Shown one piece after another: positions 1-7,614 of a stretch of 14,524 nucleotides of DNA. The stretch is from Candidatus Latescibacterota bacterium (lineage in GTDB: Bacteria > Latescibacterota > UBA2968 > UBA8231). The position numbers were made by a program, and so were the translations under genes. Location: positions 1-14,524 of the forward strand of contig CBDBIJ010000002.1 in NCBI GenBank assembly GCA_965205655.1. Direction: 5' to 3'. The notes beneath the pieces are model-generated. The model was not told the origin of the DNA and ran no database searches. It was given only the letters and a program-made list of their open reading frames with translations. Every line of letters begins with the position of its first letter. The first letter of the stretch is position 1.

Positions 1-1
1 G

Positions 2-979
2 CCGGTTGCCGGCGCGCTTCGCGTCGTACTCCACATTGATCTGCCGCAACTGTCCGTCCACGTAGCCCGCCAACTCCTGTGGGCCGATAGCGCTGTCTGA
101 GCTCGGCTCGAGGTACAGCTCGTATCGAGCCAGCTCCTCGTTGGCCAGCATCTGGTAGAATTGGACGCCGAGCTCAAATCTCTCGTCGGCTTTTCCGACA
201 GCGTCGATCACCTGCGTCTCATACAGCTTCTCGCCGGTGATGTTCGTCACGCCCTTCCCTTTTTGCACGAACCTGATAGTCGGCGTGCTCTCGAACAAAC
301 CGGTGACAGCGACGATGTCGTTCATGTTATATCGGTAGAGCCCGGCCGGGGTCGTCACGAAGAGGTAGTACTCCCTGCCGACCTCGAGATCTGCTACACC
401 GATGAAATCCCGCCCTCCTTTTTCCCATGCATCTTTTTCGACGAATTCGAAGAAGTTTTCCTGTATCGTCGGTATTCCCTCATTCGTCTCGAGGTCGATG
501 GTGATGGTGCCGCGCACTTCACTCGAGAGATAGCCGAGCTCTACTACCTTGGTATCTCGGGGAAACCTGGGCGTGATGCTCTTCAGAGATATGGCACAGC
601 TGCCACCCGTCCAGGTGGTCACCAGCTTGATGTAGGGCCAGAAATCGGAAAAGCTGGCTTCCGTCCCGGCTGCGAGAATATCGCGCAACTCCCGAGCCCT
701 CTCTGGGTTGGGCCTCAACCTCGCGCGCAGCGAGTCTGCCGTCGCCTCATCCAGCTCATGGAGGTGCCGGCAGATTCCGGACTCGATGTCGGCGACGATA
801 TCCTCGCGGTGGCGGTTTATCGTCTCGAGCATCCTGTGAAGTGTCGATGGATTGGCAGTGCCGATGTAGGTGATATCATCGTGCTCCACCGCCAGCCGGC
901 AAATGATATAGTACTTGGTGTCGTAGCTCTCAATCGCGAAAACCTCCTTGGGCAGAACGTACTTGGCGCGGGTGAGCTG
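2..979 (-). pseudogene. GH3 (acyl-acid amido synthetase) family protein, C-terminal part, cut off from its N-terminus by IS30; runs off the window edge
   Basis: Not in the ORF track. My translation of the minus strand is open for about 326 codons: QLTRAKYVLPKEVFAIESYDTKYY...TANPST...WPYIKLVTTWTGGS...ELGYLSSEVRGTI...FFEFVE...LEVGREYYLFVTTPAGLYRYNMNDIVAVTG...ITGEKLYETQV...INVEYDAKRAGNR. YxSSE, GLYRYxxxD and GEK are GH3 hallmark motifs. Confidence 0.93.
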
Positions 980-994
980 TCGCGAGTTCAACCA

Positions 995-1028
995 GTCAAC
1001 GCAACACCTTCGTCAACGCAACACCTTC
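995..1028 (+). repeat. Perfect 17-bp tandem duplication (GTCAACGCAACACCTTC x2) at the IS30 right end
   Basis: Copies at 995-1011 and 1012-1028, read directly from the sequence. Confidence 0.97.
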
Positions 1029-2165
1029 ATTGAAGCGTTCTGCGGGTGAAACGAACCCCAACGTCTTCCGCGGGCGCTGGTTCAGTTGAAGAGCGACTCT
1101 GTTCAGGTCGGCTTGGGAGAATGGCGACAGATCGGTCTTCCTCGGGAAGTACTGTCGAAGAAGGCGATTCGTGTTCTCATTTGTGCCTCGTTGCCAGGGA
1201 CTCTGAGGATCACAGAAATACACCTCGACGTCAGTTGCGATCGAGAACTCCTTGTGCCGAGCTAGCTCCATTCCTCGATCCCAGGTAAGGGACAACCGCA
1301 CCGCGGAGGGGAGTCGTTTCACCTGGCTGATCAGCGCTCTGACAACGGTCTCGGTGTCTTTGCCGTTGAGCTTCACGAGCATCGTGAACCGAGACTGCCG
1401 CTCCACCAACGTGGCGATGTGCGTGTTGTTCGACCCCGAGATCAAGTCTCCCTCCCAGTGGCCGGGAACGGCGCGGTCCTCGATCTCGGCAGGCCACTCG
1501 CTGATGGATACGGCGTCGACGATCCGGCCTCTCGGCTGATCGCGTGTGCTTGCCTTCTTGGATCGCCGCATCATCCTTCGCGTCCGCAGATGCGCAATGA
1601 GGTCCTTGTTGAGTGCCCCGCGTGCCTGGATGAAGAGAGTTCGATAGATCGTTTCGTGGGATATCTGCATATTTCCTAAAAGCGCATACTCCCGCTTCAG
1701 CCATCCCGATATCTGCTCAGGTGACCACTTCAGGCGTAGCTTGTCCGCCACGACTCGCCGCAAACGAAGATTGGATGCGAGTCGGCAGCATTTCGGCCGG
1801 CTGGCGCGCGTCCAGGCTGCTTGGTCGGCGACGTTTGCTCGGTACCTTTGCCGCCCGCCATTGCGGGCAATCTCTCGGCTAACCGTCGAGGGTGCACGCT
1901 CAACAGCGGCCGCAATTATTCGTATCGATTTTCCCGCAGCGATACCTCGAGAGATCTCTTCACGCTCTTCCCAGCCAAGAGCCCATCGAGAGCGTCGACG
2001 CGGCATTGGTACGATGCCCCCATTGGCGGTGATGACACCATGAATCGACGCCGGATGCTTCCCGAGCGCCCGACCAATATCGCTATGCGACTGGCCGCTC
2101 TTCCATCGACGCCATACCTCCAACTTCTGTGACGCGGACAATCCTGGTCGTCCCATTTGAGCCAT
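996..2165 (-). CDS. IS30-family DDE transposase
   Basis: HTH region (EREEISRG...RAPSTVSREIARN), WSPEQI, SHETIY, GHWEGD, TWDRG.E, FCDPQSPWQRGTNENTNRLLRQYFP, LNQRPRKTLGF. The DDE triad is intact. Start placed at ATG 2165, 9 nt after AGGAG; the ORF track starts at 2174. Confidence 0.96.
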   Translation of the reverse strand: MAQMGRPGLSASQKLEVWRRWKSGQSHSDIGRALGKHPASIHGVITANGGIVPMPRRRSRWALGWEEREEISRGIAAGKSIRIIAAAVERAPSTVSREIARNGGRQRYRANVADQAAWTRASRPKCCRLASNLRLRRVVADKLRLKWSPEQISGWLKREYALLGNMQISHETIYRTLFIQARGALNKDLIAHLRTRRMMRRSKKASTRDQPRGRIVDAVSISEWPAEIEDRAVPGHWEGDLISGSNNTHIATLVERQSRFTMLVKLNGKDTETVVRALISQVKRLPSAVRLSLTWDRGMELARHKEFSIATDVEVYFCDPQSPWQRGTNENTNRLLRQYFPRKTDLSPFSQADLNRVALQLNQRPRKTLGFVSPAERFNEGVALTKVLR

Positions 2166-2228
2166 GTGCAACATCTCCTATGATTAGATTAGTGGGAAGA
2201 ATGTTGCATTGACCAATTGAATATACCC

Positions 2229-2775
2229 TGTGTTTTTTTCGTATATGTGGCCCGATGCGCTGCCGTACGGCGTTCCCGATTCCAGATGGCCATCGATGGC
2301 CGGGCTCACGAGTCCGAGGATCTTTCCGTGAAACGCCTCCGGTCTCGCCCGATACTGGATGTATGAGAACGTCTGCTGCGACCGTCTCAGATCCTTCAGT
2401 GTCTGAGCCAGCACGGGTATGTATTTTGGTTCGCCCGTGGTGCCGCTGGTCTGGTTGTATATGCACGGAAGCTCGCTCGTCAGCAGAGCCACACGCGACT
2501 TTTCCTGCCGATCGATGTAGGGTCTCAGGTCTTCGTATTCGCAGATCGGCACGCGTTTCATGTAGGAGTCGTGATCGGTGACCTCCGCAAAACCGTGTTT
2601 CTCACCGTACTCGGTGCGGGCGTTGGCGGCCATGATCGAACGCAGAGCTGCCGCCTGCGCCTGCGCCGGGTCCCTGGAGGCCTCTACGAGAGGTTCGTAC
2701 ATCGTCACCCCTATCCAGCGCATTTTGAATTTCAATAGCAGACTGATCGCTATTTGGGTGAGCGACTGCAGCGGG
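2229..2775 (-). pseudogene. GH3 family protein, N-terminal part (interrupted by IS30; probably fused to the upstream desaturase)
   Basis: DPAQAQAAALRSIMAANARTEYGEKHGF...RVPICEYEDLRPYIDR...YNQTSGTTGEPKYIP (GH3 motif I, TSGTT)...GTPYGSASGHIYE. The ORF-track tail GYIQLVNATFFPLI is read-through into the IS. Confidence 0.92.
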
Positions 2776-3667
2776 GTTTGTCGGTGTCGATGCTTCCCGC
2801 GAAGGGCGTTTTCAGCTGCGAACCGAAATCCAGCGGGTACTCTTCATTCAGCAGCCCCAACTCGTCAACGAGCCTGTCCTGCGGGTAGAAGTATGTCCCG
2901 AAGACGAGGTCCCATATGATGATGTTGTTGCCGTAGTTGCTGTTGGCTTCCATCGGCTTGCGCGAGTGGTGCCAGCGGTGGAGCTGAGGGCCGCTGATGA
3001 TGTAATTGAGCACCCCCATGCGCAGCTCGATGTTGCAGTGCTGAAAGAATCCGTTCACCGCGTAGAACACGAAGTAGAGCGCCAGCACCTCGGCGCCGAC
3101 CCCGACTGCGATGAAGGGCAGGGCGTCCATCAGAAACTGGAGTGCCTTTTCCGCCGGGTGGAAACGGCCCACGTTCACCCAGTACAGCTTCTTGGGCGAG
3201 TGGTGCACGGCGTGCAGCTTCCACAGTACCGCGTTTTCGTGGCAAAATCTGTGTAGCCAGTAGCGGAGGAAATCGGCCACCAGTATCATCAACACGACCT
3301 GGCCACCCATGGGCCAGTGGTGTGGCCACAGCTCCTTCGGCTGCAGGTCAGTAGCGCCCAGTATTTTTAGCAGGATGAGAGCCGCCAGAAAAGTCAGGAC
3401 CTTCGGCAGGATCATCTGCACCACGACCATGAAGAGGGCGTCGTTCCACACATCTTCGCGATCGGCGATCCACATTTTCAGGTGGGGGGTGTATAACTCG
3501 AAGAAGGTGATGATCGCGGCGCCCAGAATGACGGGGATGTAGGTGCACATCAACAGATGCTGTTCCCCACCACGAAGGGAATAGAACAGCCAGATGCATG
3601 TCGCTATGGCGAGTGGATAGAGTACCGGGGGCCAGTACTCGAATTTCGCCTGTCTAGTATCGCTCAT
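2750..3667 (-). CDS. Fatty acid hydroxylase / sterol desaturase family membrane di-iron enzyme
   Basis: His boxes YWLHRFCH, LWKLHAVHHS, FQHCN and PQLHRWHHS, plus NYG...WDLVFGT, and several hydrophobic segments. Confidence 0.93.
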   Translation of the reverse strand: MSDTRQAKFEYWPPVLYPLAIATCIWLFYSLRGGEQHLLMCTYIPVILGAAIITFFELYTPHLKMWIADREDVWNDALFMVVVQMILPKVLTFLAALILLKILGATDLQPKELWPHHWPMGGQVVLMILVADFLRYWLHRFCHENAVLWKLHAVHHSPKKLYWVNVGRFHPAEKALQFLMDALPFIAVGVGAEVLALYFVFYAVNGFFQHCNIELRMGVLNYIISGPQLHRWHHSRKPMEANSNYGNNIIIWDLVFGTYFYPQDRLVDELGLLNEEYPLDFGSQLKTPFAGSIDTDKPRCSRSPK

Positions 3668-3682
3668 TTGTCGAGGGAACCT

Positions 3683-3708
3683 CGCTCTTCTGTTCCGACA
3701 GAAGAGCG
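3683..3708. promoter_or_regulatory. Intra-operon hairpin (11-bp perfect stem, 4-nt loop)
   Basis: CGCTCTTCTGT-TCCG-ACAGAAGAGCG between the lipoprotein stop (3714) and the desaturase start (3667). No U-tract follows on the minus strand. Confidence 0.6.
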
Positions 3709-3713
3709 TTGCC

Positions 3714-4214
3714 CTACGCTGTTACCACCCAGGTAATCACGAGCACCCCCTCAGTGCATGGCGGAGGAATCGGCGCCGTGTAGCTCGTCTTCAGGTTGCC
3801 GAAGGTGAGCTCGGTGATCTCCCACACGAAATCCTCCGTTTCGCCCACCTCGGCGTTGCTGCGGTCCAGAATCACTTGCGTCTCGCCCTCGGAAAAGGAC
3901 CATGGTCCCGAGATTGTGTGCACGCCGTCCGGAATGCCGCAATTGCCACCCGGAAAGGTGAAGCTGTAGGTATTGTCGGACTTGAAAGTTATCGACAGCT
4001 CTTCGAATCCTGGCGGAGGCTGCCCCGGTTCTCCCTTCAGAACGAAGGTCCCGAGCGTGGCTTCGCTCACTTGCCAGGTGTGGGCGATCAGGTCCGTCCT
4101 CGTCTGCACAGCGGTGCCTGTGGCCCCCCCGTCATCGCTGCCACAGGACGAGACGCAAGCGGCTGTGAGCGCAAAACACGGGACGAACCGCCGTAGATAT
4201 CGAATGCCGGTCAT
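3714..4214 (-). CDS. Lipoprotein with a lipocalin-like beta-barrel domain
   Basis: Basic N-terminus, hydrophobic stretch and lipobox-like VSSC|GSDD. LIAHTWQV, ITFKSDNTYS, GPWSFSE and WEITELT match the pattern of bacterial lipocalin-like lipoproteins. ATGA overlap with the upstream gene. Confidence 0.7.
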   Translation of the reverse strand: MTGIRYLRRFVPCFALTAACVSSCGSDDGGATGTAVQTRTDLIAHTWQVSEATLGTFVLKGEPGQPPPGFEELSITFKSDNTYSFTFPGGNCGIPDGVHTISGPWSFSEGETQVILDRSNAEVGETEDFVWEITELTFGNLKTSYTAPIPPPCTEGVLVITWVVTA

Positions 4215-4684
4215 TTTTCCACCTCGATGGTGAGCAGTATCTGGAGATCGTCTGTCACGTGTTTTTCATCGACGTACCCCACGGTGCCTGGATTGGTGGA
4301 CACATGCTGGGCCAGGTCTGTCTGGGTTACGAACGACTTTGGCAGCACCGCTTTACCGGAGAACGCCCTGCGCAACCACAAGCGCCGCAGATCGTGGGCC
4401 TTTACGCCCAAAACCTCGTAAAACTGTTTCTGGATTTTCGGATTGGCCGAGTAGTCGACGACGATAAGCTTGGAGTCGTCTTTCCACATTCTCGTGTTCA
4501 GGGTATAAATGTCCGTCAGACGAGCGAGATCGATTTCGCCGGATGGCACCGACTTGTGCGTCACGACGGCGATGTCGAGTGGCGCGGCAATCGCGGGCCC
4601 GCTCCAGGGGGCTGCCGACAGCCAGAGCGCAGCGGCCGCGGCTCCGCAAAATCCCAGCTTCCCGCACCTTGCCCGCTCACTCAT
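4211..4684 (-). CDS. Small exported PstS-like / PBP type 2-like substrate-binding protein
   Basis: Signal peptide, IAVVTHKSVP...LTDIYTLNTRMWKD, FYEVLG, W..RAFSGKAVLP, VSTNPGTVGYVD. GAGGTG precedes ATG 4684; the alternative start is 4702. Confidence 0.8.
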   Translation of the reverse strand: MSERARCGKLGFCGAAAAALWLSAAPWSGPAIAAPLDIAVVTHKSVPSGEIDLARLTDIYTLNTRMWKDDSKLIVVDYSANPKIQKQFYEVLGVKAHDLRRLWLRRAFSGKAVLPKSFVTQTDLAQHVSTNPGTVGYVDEKHVTDDLQILLTIEVEK

Positions 4685-4708
4685 CTGCGCACCTCGAAGC
4701 ATCTGACC

Positions 4709-5941
4709 CTAGAAGATGAGGCTCAGGGCGAATGCCGTGATTGCGAGATTGCCCTCGCCATAGGGATTCTCTCGGATAGATCCGAAACGCCGCTGCAGTT
4801 TCGCCGTCATCAGATAGTTGATGCGGTAGCCCACACCGCCGTCTACAGAGTAGAACCCGGCCTTGTCGACGGAATTGGGCTGCGACGCCTCGTAAGCCTC
4901 ATTATTCATGAACCCGTAGCCGCCGTATGCGAACCAGTTGCCGGATGTCTCGTAAGTGGCGTTAAAGTAGAAGAATTGCTTGTCCAGACTCATCTCGGGG
5001 AACGGAGTGTTATCCAGATCGTGGAGAACCTTGATGTACTCACCTTCGATGCGAAAGTTCCCGAGAATGAGGGACGCGTCCGTGCCGATGCGAACCCGAG
5101 GCACATCGCCAAGGGCCGGGATGGTCGCCCACGGCAGTCTCGAAATAGATCGCTTCATAGCCTCTCGTCGGTTGTCCTTGTCCCAGGTAGTGGACAATCC
5201 CACGACGATATTTTCGTTTCCCGTGCGAAGGCCTATTCGGCCGCCCACTGCCTTGAAGGAGGTTACGTCTTCACCGGGAAAGAGATTGAAGCCGACCCCG
5301 GCGACCTCGTCCGTTCCCAGCGACTTGCTCGTATCCAGAAATGACGTCTCGGCGTTGCCCAGATGCAGTGCGTAGTCGAGCCGCAGATCTCCCACCGGCA
5401 CAGTGCCGGATACCTGAGCGAAAGCCCGCTCGGGGACGAAATCCTCGCGATCCACTTGGGCGTTCATTTGGACTTCGTAGACTACGGGCCTCATGATATA
5501 CGGAAACAGCGGCAGGCGGTTCTGGATCTCGTTCAGGTTGTTGAACGTCGGCAGCAGCAACCCGAAGCGAACGCTCAGGGCCTCGCTGCGTTCGTAATTG
5601 ACCCAACCCTCCTGCAGATTGAAAGCGCCCGATCCGATATCCGATGAGAAGGAGTTCTGGAATTCCAGATTGACGAAGGTCGTGAACCGATCTTCGAACG
5701 GCTTGTTGAGAAAGATGTTCAGCTGCTGCAGGGAGTGCGTCCGCATCTCTCCCTTCAGCGATGTCGTGTCTGGTATGGTGCGGCCCTCCGGAAACCCGGT
5801 GAAGTCGAAATCCCTCTGGTAGAACAGATTCTGCATATACCCGTAGATATGCATCTGTTCCCCCAGCTGTCCGTGGGTGGTCACCGGGACCGTGAGCAGC
5901 AGTGCGGTGATCGCCGCCGTCCGGTACGAGCGTCTCAACAT
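4709..5941 (-). CDS. Outer-membrane beta-barrel (porin-like) protein
   Basis: Signal peptide (...THG|Q), IYGY near the N-terminus, LQEGWVNY...LSVRFG, alternating amphipathic strands, C-terminal Phe (FALSLIF). Confidence 0.8.
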   Translation of the reverse strand: MLRRSYRTAAITALLLTVPVTTHGQLGEQMHIYGYMQNLFYQRDFDFTGFPEGRTIPDTTSLKGEMRTHSLQQLNIFLNKPFEDRFTTFVNLEFQNSFSSDIGSGAFNLQEGWVNYERSEALSVRFGLLLPTFNNLNEIQNRLPLFPYIMRPVVYEVQMNAQVDREDFVPERAFAQVSGTVPVGDLRLDYALHLGNAETSFLDTSKSLGTDEVAGVGFNLFPGEDVTSFKAVGGRIGLRTGNENIVVGLSTTWDKDNRREAMKRSISRLPWATIPALGDVPRVRIGTDASLILGNFRIEGEYIKVLHDLDNTPFPEMSLDKQFFYFNATYETSGNWFAYGGYGFMNNEAYEASQPNSVDKAGFYSVDGGVGYRINYLMTAKLQRRFGSIRENPYGEGNLAITAFALSLIF

Positions 5942-5957
5942 GATGTGTGCCGTTTTC

Positions 5958-7379
5958 CTAGCAACCCGTGGCTAAAGCCCCGTTTGGGAAGATTTGGGGT
6001 GGCCTGAGATTCGTGGTGCGAGTTGCCGCCAATGGCGACGAAAATCGAGCAGTGCCCGAGAGTTGAACCACGGGCGGCGACAAAGCGCGCCAAGGCGCGA
6101 AAACCTGAGTGATGAGAGACGAAATGAGGGAAAACGCCTCCCTCATACCCCTCGGAGTGCCCGCACCGAAGAGGGTGCGCATGAGGAGGCCGAAATTGCA
6201 GCCGCACACGTGAATGACGAGGCGTTTGAGGATGTTTTGTCGGCCCCGAAGAAACAGCCGTCGCATACCGCCGGTTTCGAACAGATGAGCATACGGGCGT
6301 TCGAGCAGCTCGCCGCGCTTACGCCGCAGCGCCTGCCCGCGGTTGCCGCGAATGCGTCGGCGATTGGCATACACCGCCTGTTGTGCTTCCGCTTTGTCCT
6401 TCCAATCTCGACGCCCGCGATCCGGTTCGGAAATGTAGCTGCGAATGGCACTGGCTTTGAGATCGACCAGCACCTCGTTGCTGTGATACCCCTTGTCGGT
6501 GACGACTTCCGACAACGGTTTGGGATGCAGATGCTTCCTGGCCTCGGGATCCTGCGACACGGCCTCCAAGTTCAATTCGGTTCGCACCAGCATCCACGGC
6601 AGCGATTCGGTGTCGCCTTCATCGGCACTCGGCAGACTCACGGCGACGATCGCCTGGGTGTCCATGTCCACCGCCGTCTCCACCTTGTGCGCCAGATGGG
6701 TGCGACGATCCTTCGTCTTGGTAATGCGGGCATCCGGATCGTGCGGGTGTTCCCAGTCCTTATTGGACGCTTTCTTCGGGCGCTTCTTGTCGATCCTGGC
6801 CAGATCCTCTCGCGTTGGCGTCTCGATGCCCGAGGCCTTGGCCAACTTCGTGAGAAACTCCTCGTAACTTTCGCCCGTGTCCCGGCGCACGATGCTGCGC
6901 ATGGCGGCGTTGGCATCCAGCGTCGTGGCGTCGACGCCCAGCGTCTTCCCCTTCAGCAGGTTCGATGTGGCCAGCACCTTCAACACCCACTCGAAGACCT
7001 CATGATGCGTCTGGAAGTCGATCAGCCGGCGCGTGCGAGACACCGTCGAATGATCGGGCGTAGCCTTGTCGAGCTCGTAGCCGAGGAATGCCCGCAACGA
7101 CAGCGAATCGGCGACGCGCCAGGCGATCTCACGCTCCGAGTCGATGCCCTCGAAATAGCCGATCATGAGCAGGCGGAAATAGACCCCGGGCGGGATGCCG
7201 GGCCGACCGGCGCCCTCGGCGTAAAACGTCGTGCACCGCTCTTCCACAAACTCGTCGAATCCGTGCTTGTCCAGCACCTCATTCAATCTCTTGTAAAAAG
7301 GATGTCCCGGAGCCCTCAGGTGCTGCGTCGCCACCCACAGCTGAGCTTGGCTCGCGCGCTTCCGTTTTCCCAACGCCAT
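5958..7379 (-). CDS. DDE transposase (DUF772-type N-terminus plus DDE domain; IS1182/IS5-like)
   Basis: GRPGIPP...LLMIGYFEGIDSERE, PDHSTVSRTR, GVDATTLDANAA, DPDARI, TDKGYHS, R...LERPYAH. GGGGAG precedes the ATG. Confidence 0.93.
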   Translation of the reverse strand: MALGKRKRASQAQLWVATQHLRAPGHPFYKRLNEVLDKHGFDEFVEERCTTFYAEGAGRPGIPPGVYFRLLMIGYFEGIDSEREIAWRVADSLSLRAFLGYELDKATPDHSTVSRTRRLIDFQTHHEVFEWVLKVLATSNLLKGKTLGVDATTLDANAAMRSIVRRDTGESYEEFLTKLAKASGIETPTREDLARIDKKRPKKASNKDWEHPHDPDARITKTKDRRTHLAHKVETAVDMDTQAIVAVSLPSADEGDTESLPWMLVRTELNLEAVSQDPEARKHLHPKPLSEVVTDKGYHSNEVLVDLKASAIRSYISEPDRGRRDWKDKAEAQQAVYANRRRIRGNRGQALRRKRGELLERPYAHLFETGGMRRLFLRGRQNILKRLVIHVCGCNFGLLMRTLFGAGTPRGMREAFSLISSLITQVFAPWRALSPPVVQLSGTARFSSPLAATRTTNLRPPQIFPNGALATGC

Positions 7380-7471
7380 GACAGCATCTCCCCTGCAAGG
7401 TTGATGCTCAAAGGTAAGGAGAGGCTCCTCATCCGCGCCGCAAGAAAATCACCGACTTTCACCACAGGCTG
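5962..7471 (-). mobile_element. IS1182/IS5-like insertion sequence, 1510 bp, CTAG target duplication
   Basis: Terminal inverted repeats CAACCCGTGGCTAAAG (5962-5977) and CAGCCTGTGGTGAAAG (minus strand, 7471-7456), 12/16 identical. CTAG directly flanks both ends (5958-5961, 7472-7475). Confidence 0.9.
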
Positions 7472-7614
7472 CTAGAGAAAAGGATAAGCAGACGACGCCC
7501 TTCGCCCAAGCCCGGTGATGGCTATTCGATATGACTCGGCCATAGGTCGGTAAACCTACCTCTTTCTATATTATCCGCCCATTCCTCTCTTACGACACGG
7601 GAACCGGAGGCGAC

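Larger units (their letters stand above)
981..2227 (-). mobile_element. IS30-family insertion sequence, about 1247 bp
   Basis: Imperfect 26-bp terminal inverted repeats CGCGAGTTCAACCAGTCAACGCAACA (981-1006) and GGTATATTCAATTGGTCAATGCAACA (minus strand, 2227-2202), 17/26 identical and ending in the IS30-type GCAACA. CTGT flanks both sides (977-980, 2228-2231). Encodes a single transposase. Ends could shift by 1-2 bp. Confidence 0.92.

Noticed and set aside
995..1028. Direct repeats as a CRISPR remnant
   Set aside because: Only two adjacent 17-bp copies, with no spacer and no cas genes, and they lie within an IS end.
161..1033. 290-aa plus-strand ORF
   Set aside because: Antisense shadow of the GH3 C-terminal frame. 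It has no motifs and crosses the IS30 boundary.
2770..2782. Programmed -1 frameshift at GAC AAA CCC CGC between desaturase and GH3
   Set aside because: Does not fit an in-frame X XXY YYZ slippery heptamer. A simple indel explains it better, given the similar case at 14399-14401.
4259..5344. 361-aa plus-strand ORF, and similar long antisense ORFs at 7522-8130, 8757-9614, 9917-10537, 12196-12867 and 12864-13595
   Set aside because: All lie opposite well-supported genes and have no family motifs.
981..7471. Composite transposon carrying the barrel-to-desaturase genes between the two IS elements
   Set aside because: The IS elements belong to different families, each has its own flanking direct repeat, and GH3 continues outside the interval. 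These are independent insertions.
5994..7475. 493-aa plus-strand ORF spanning the IS and ending in the other CTAG
   Set aside because: Antisense shadow of the transposase, common in GC-rich genes. No RBS or recognisable domain.
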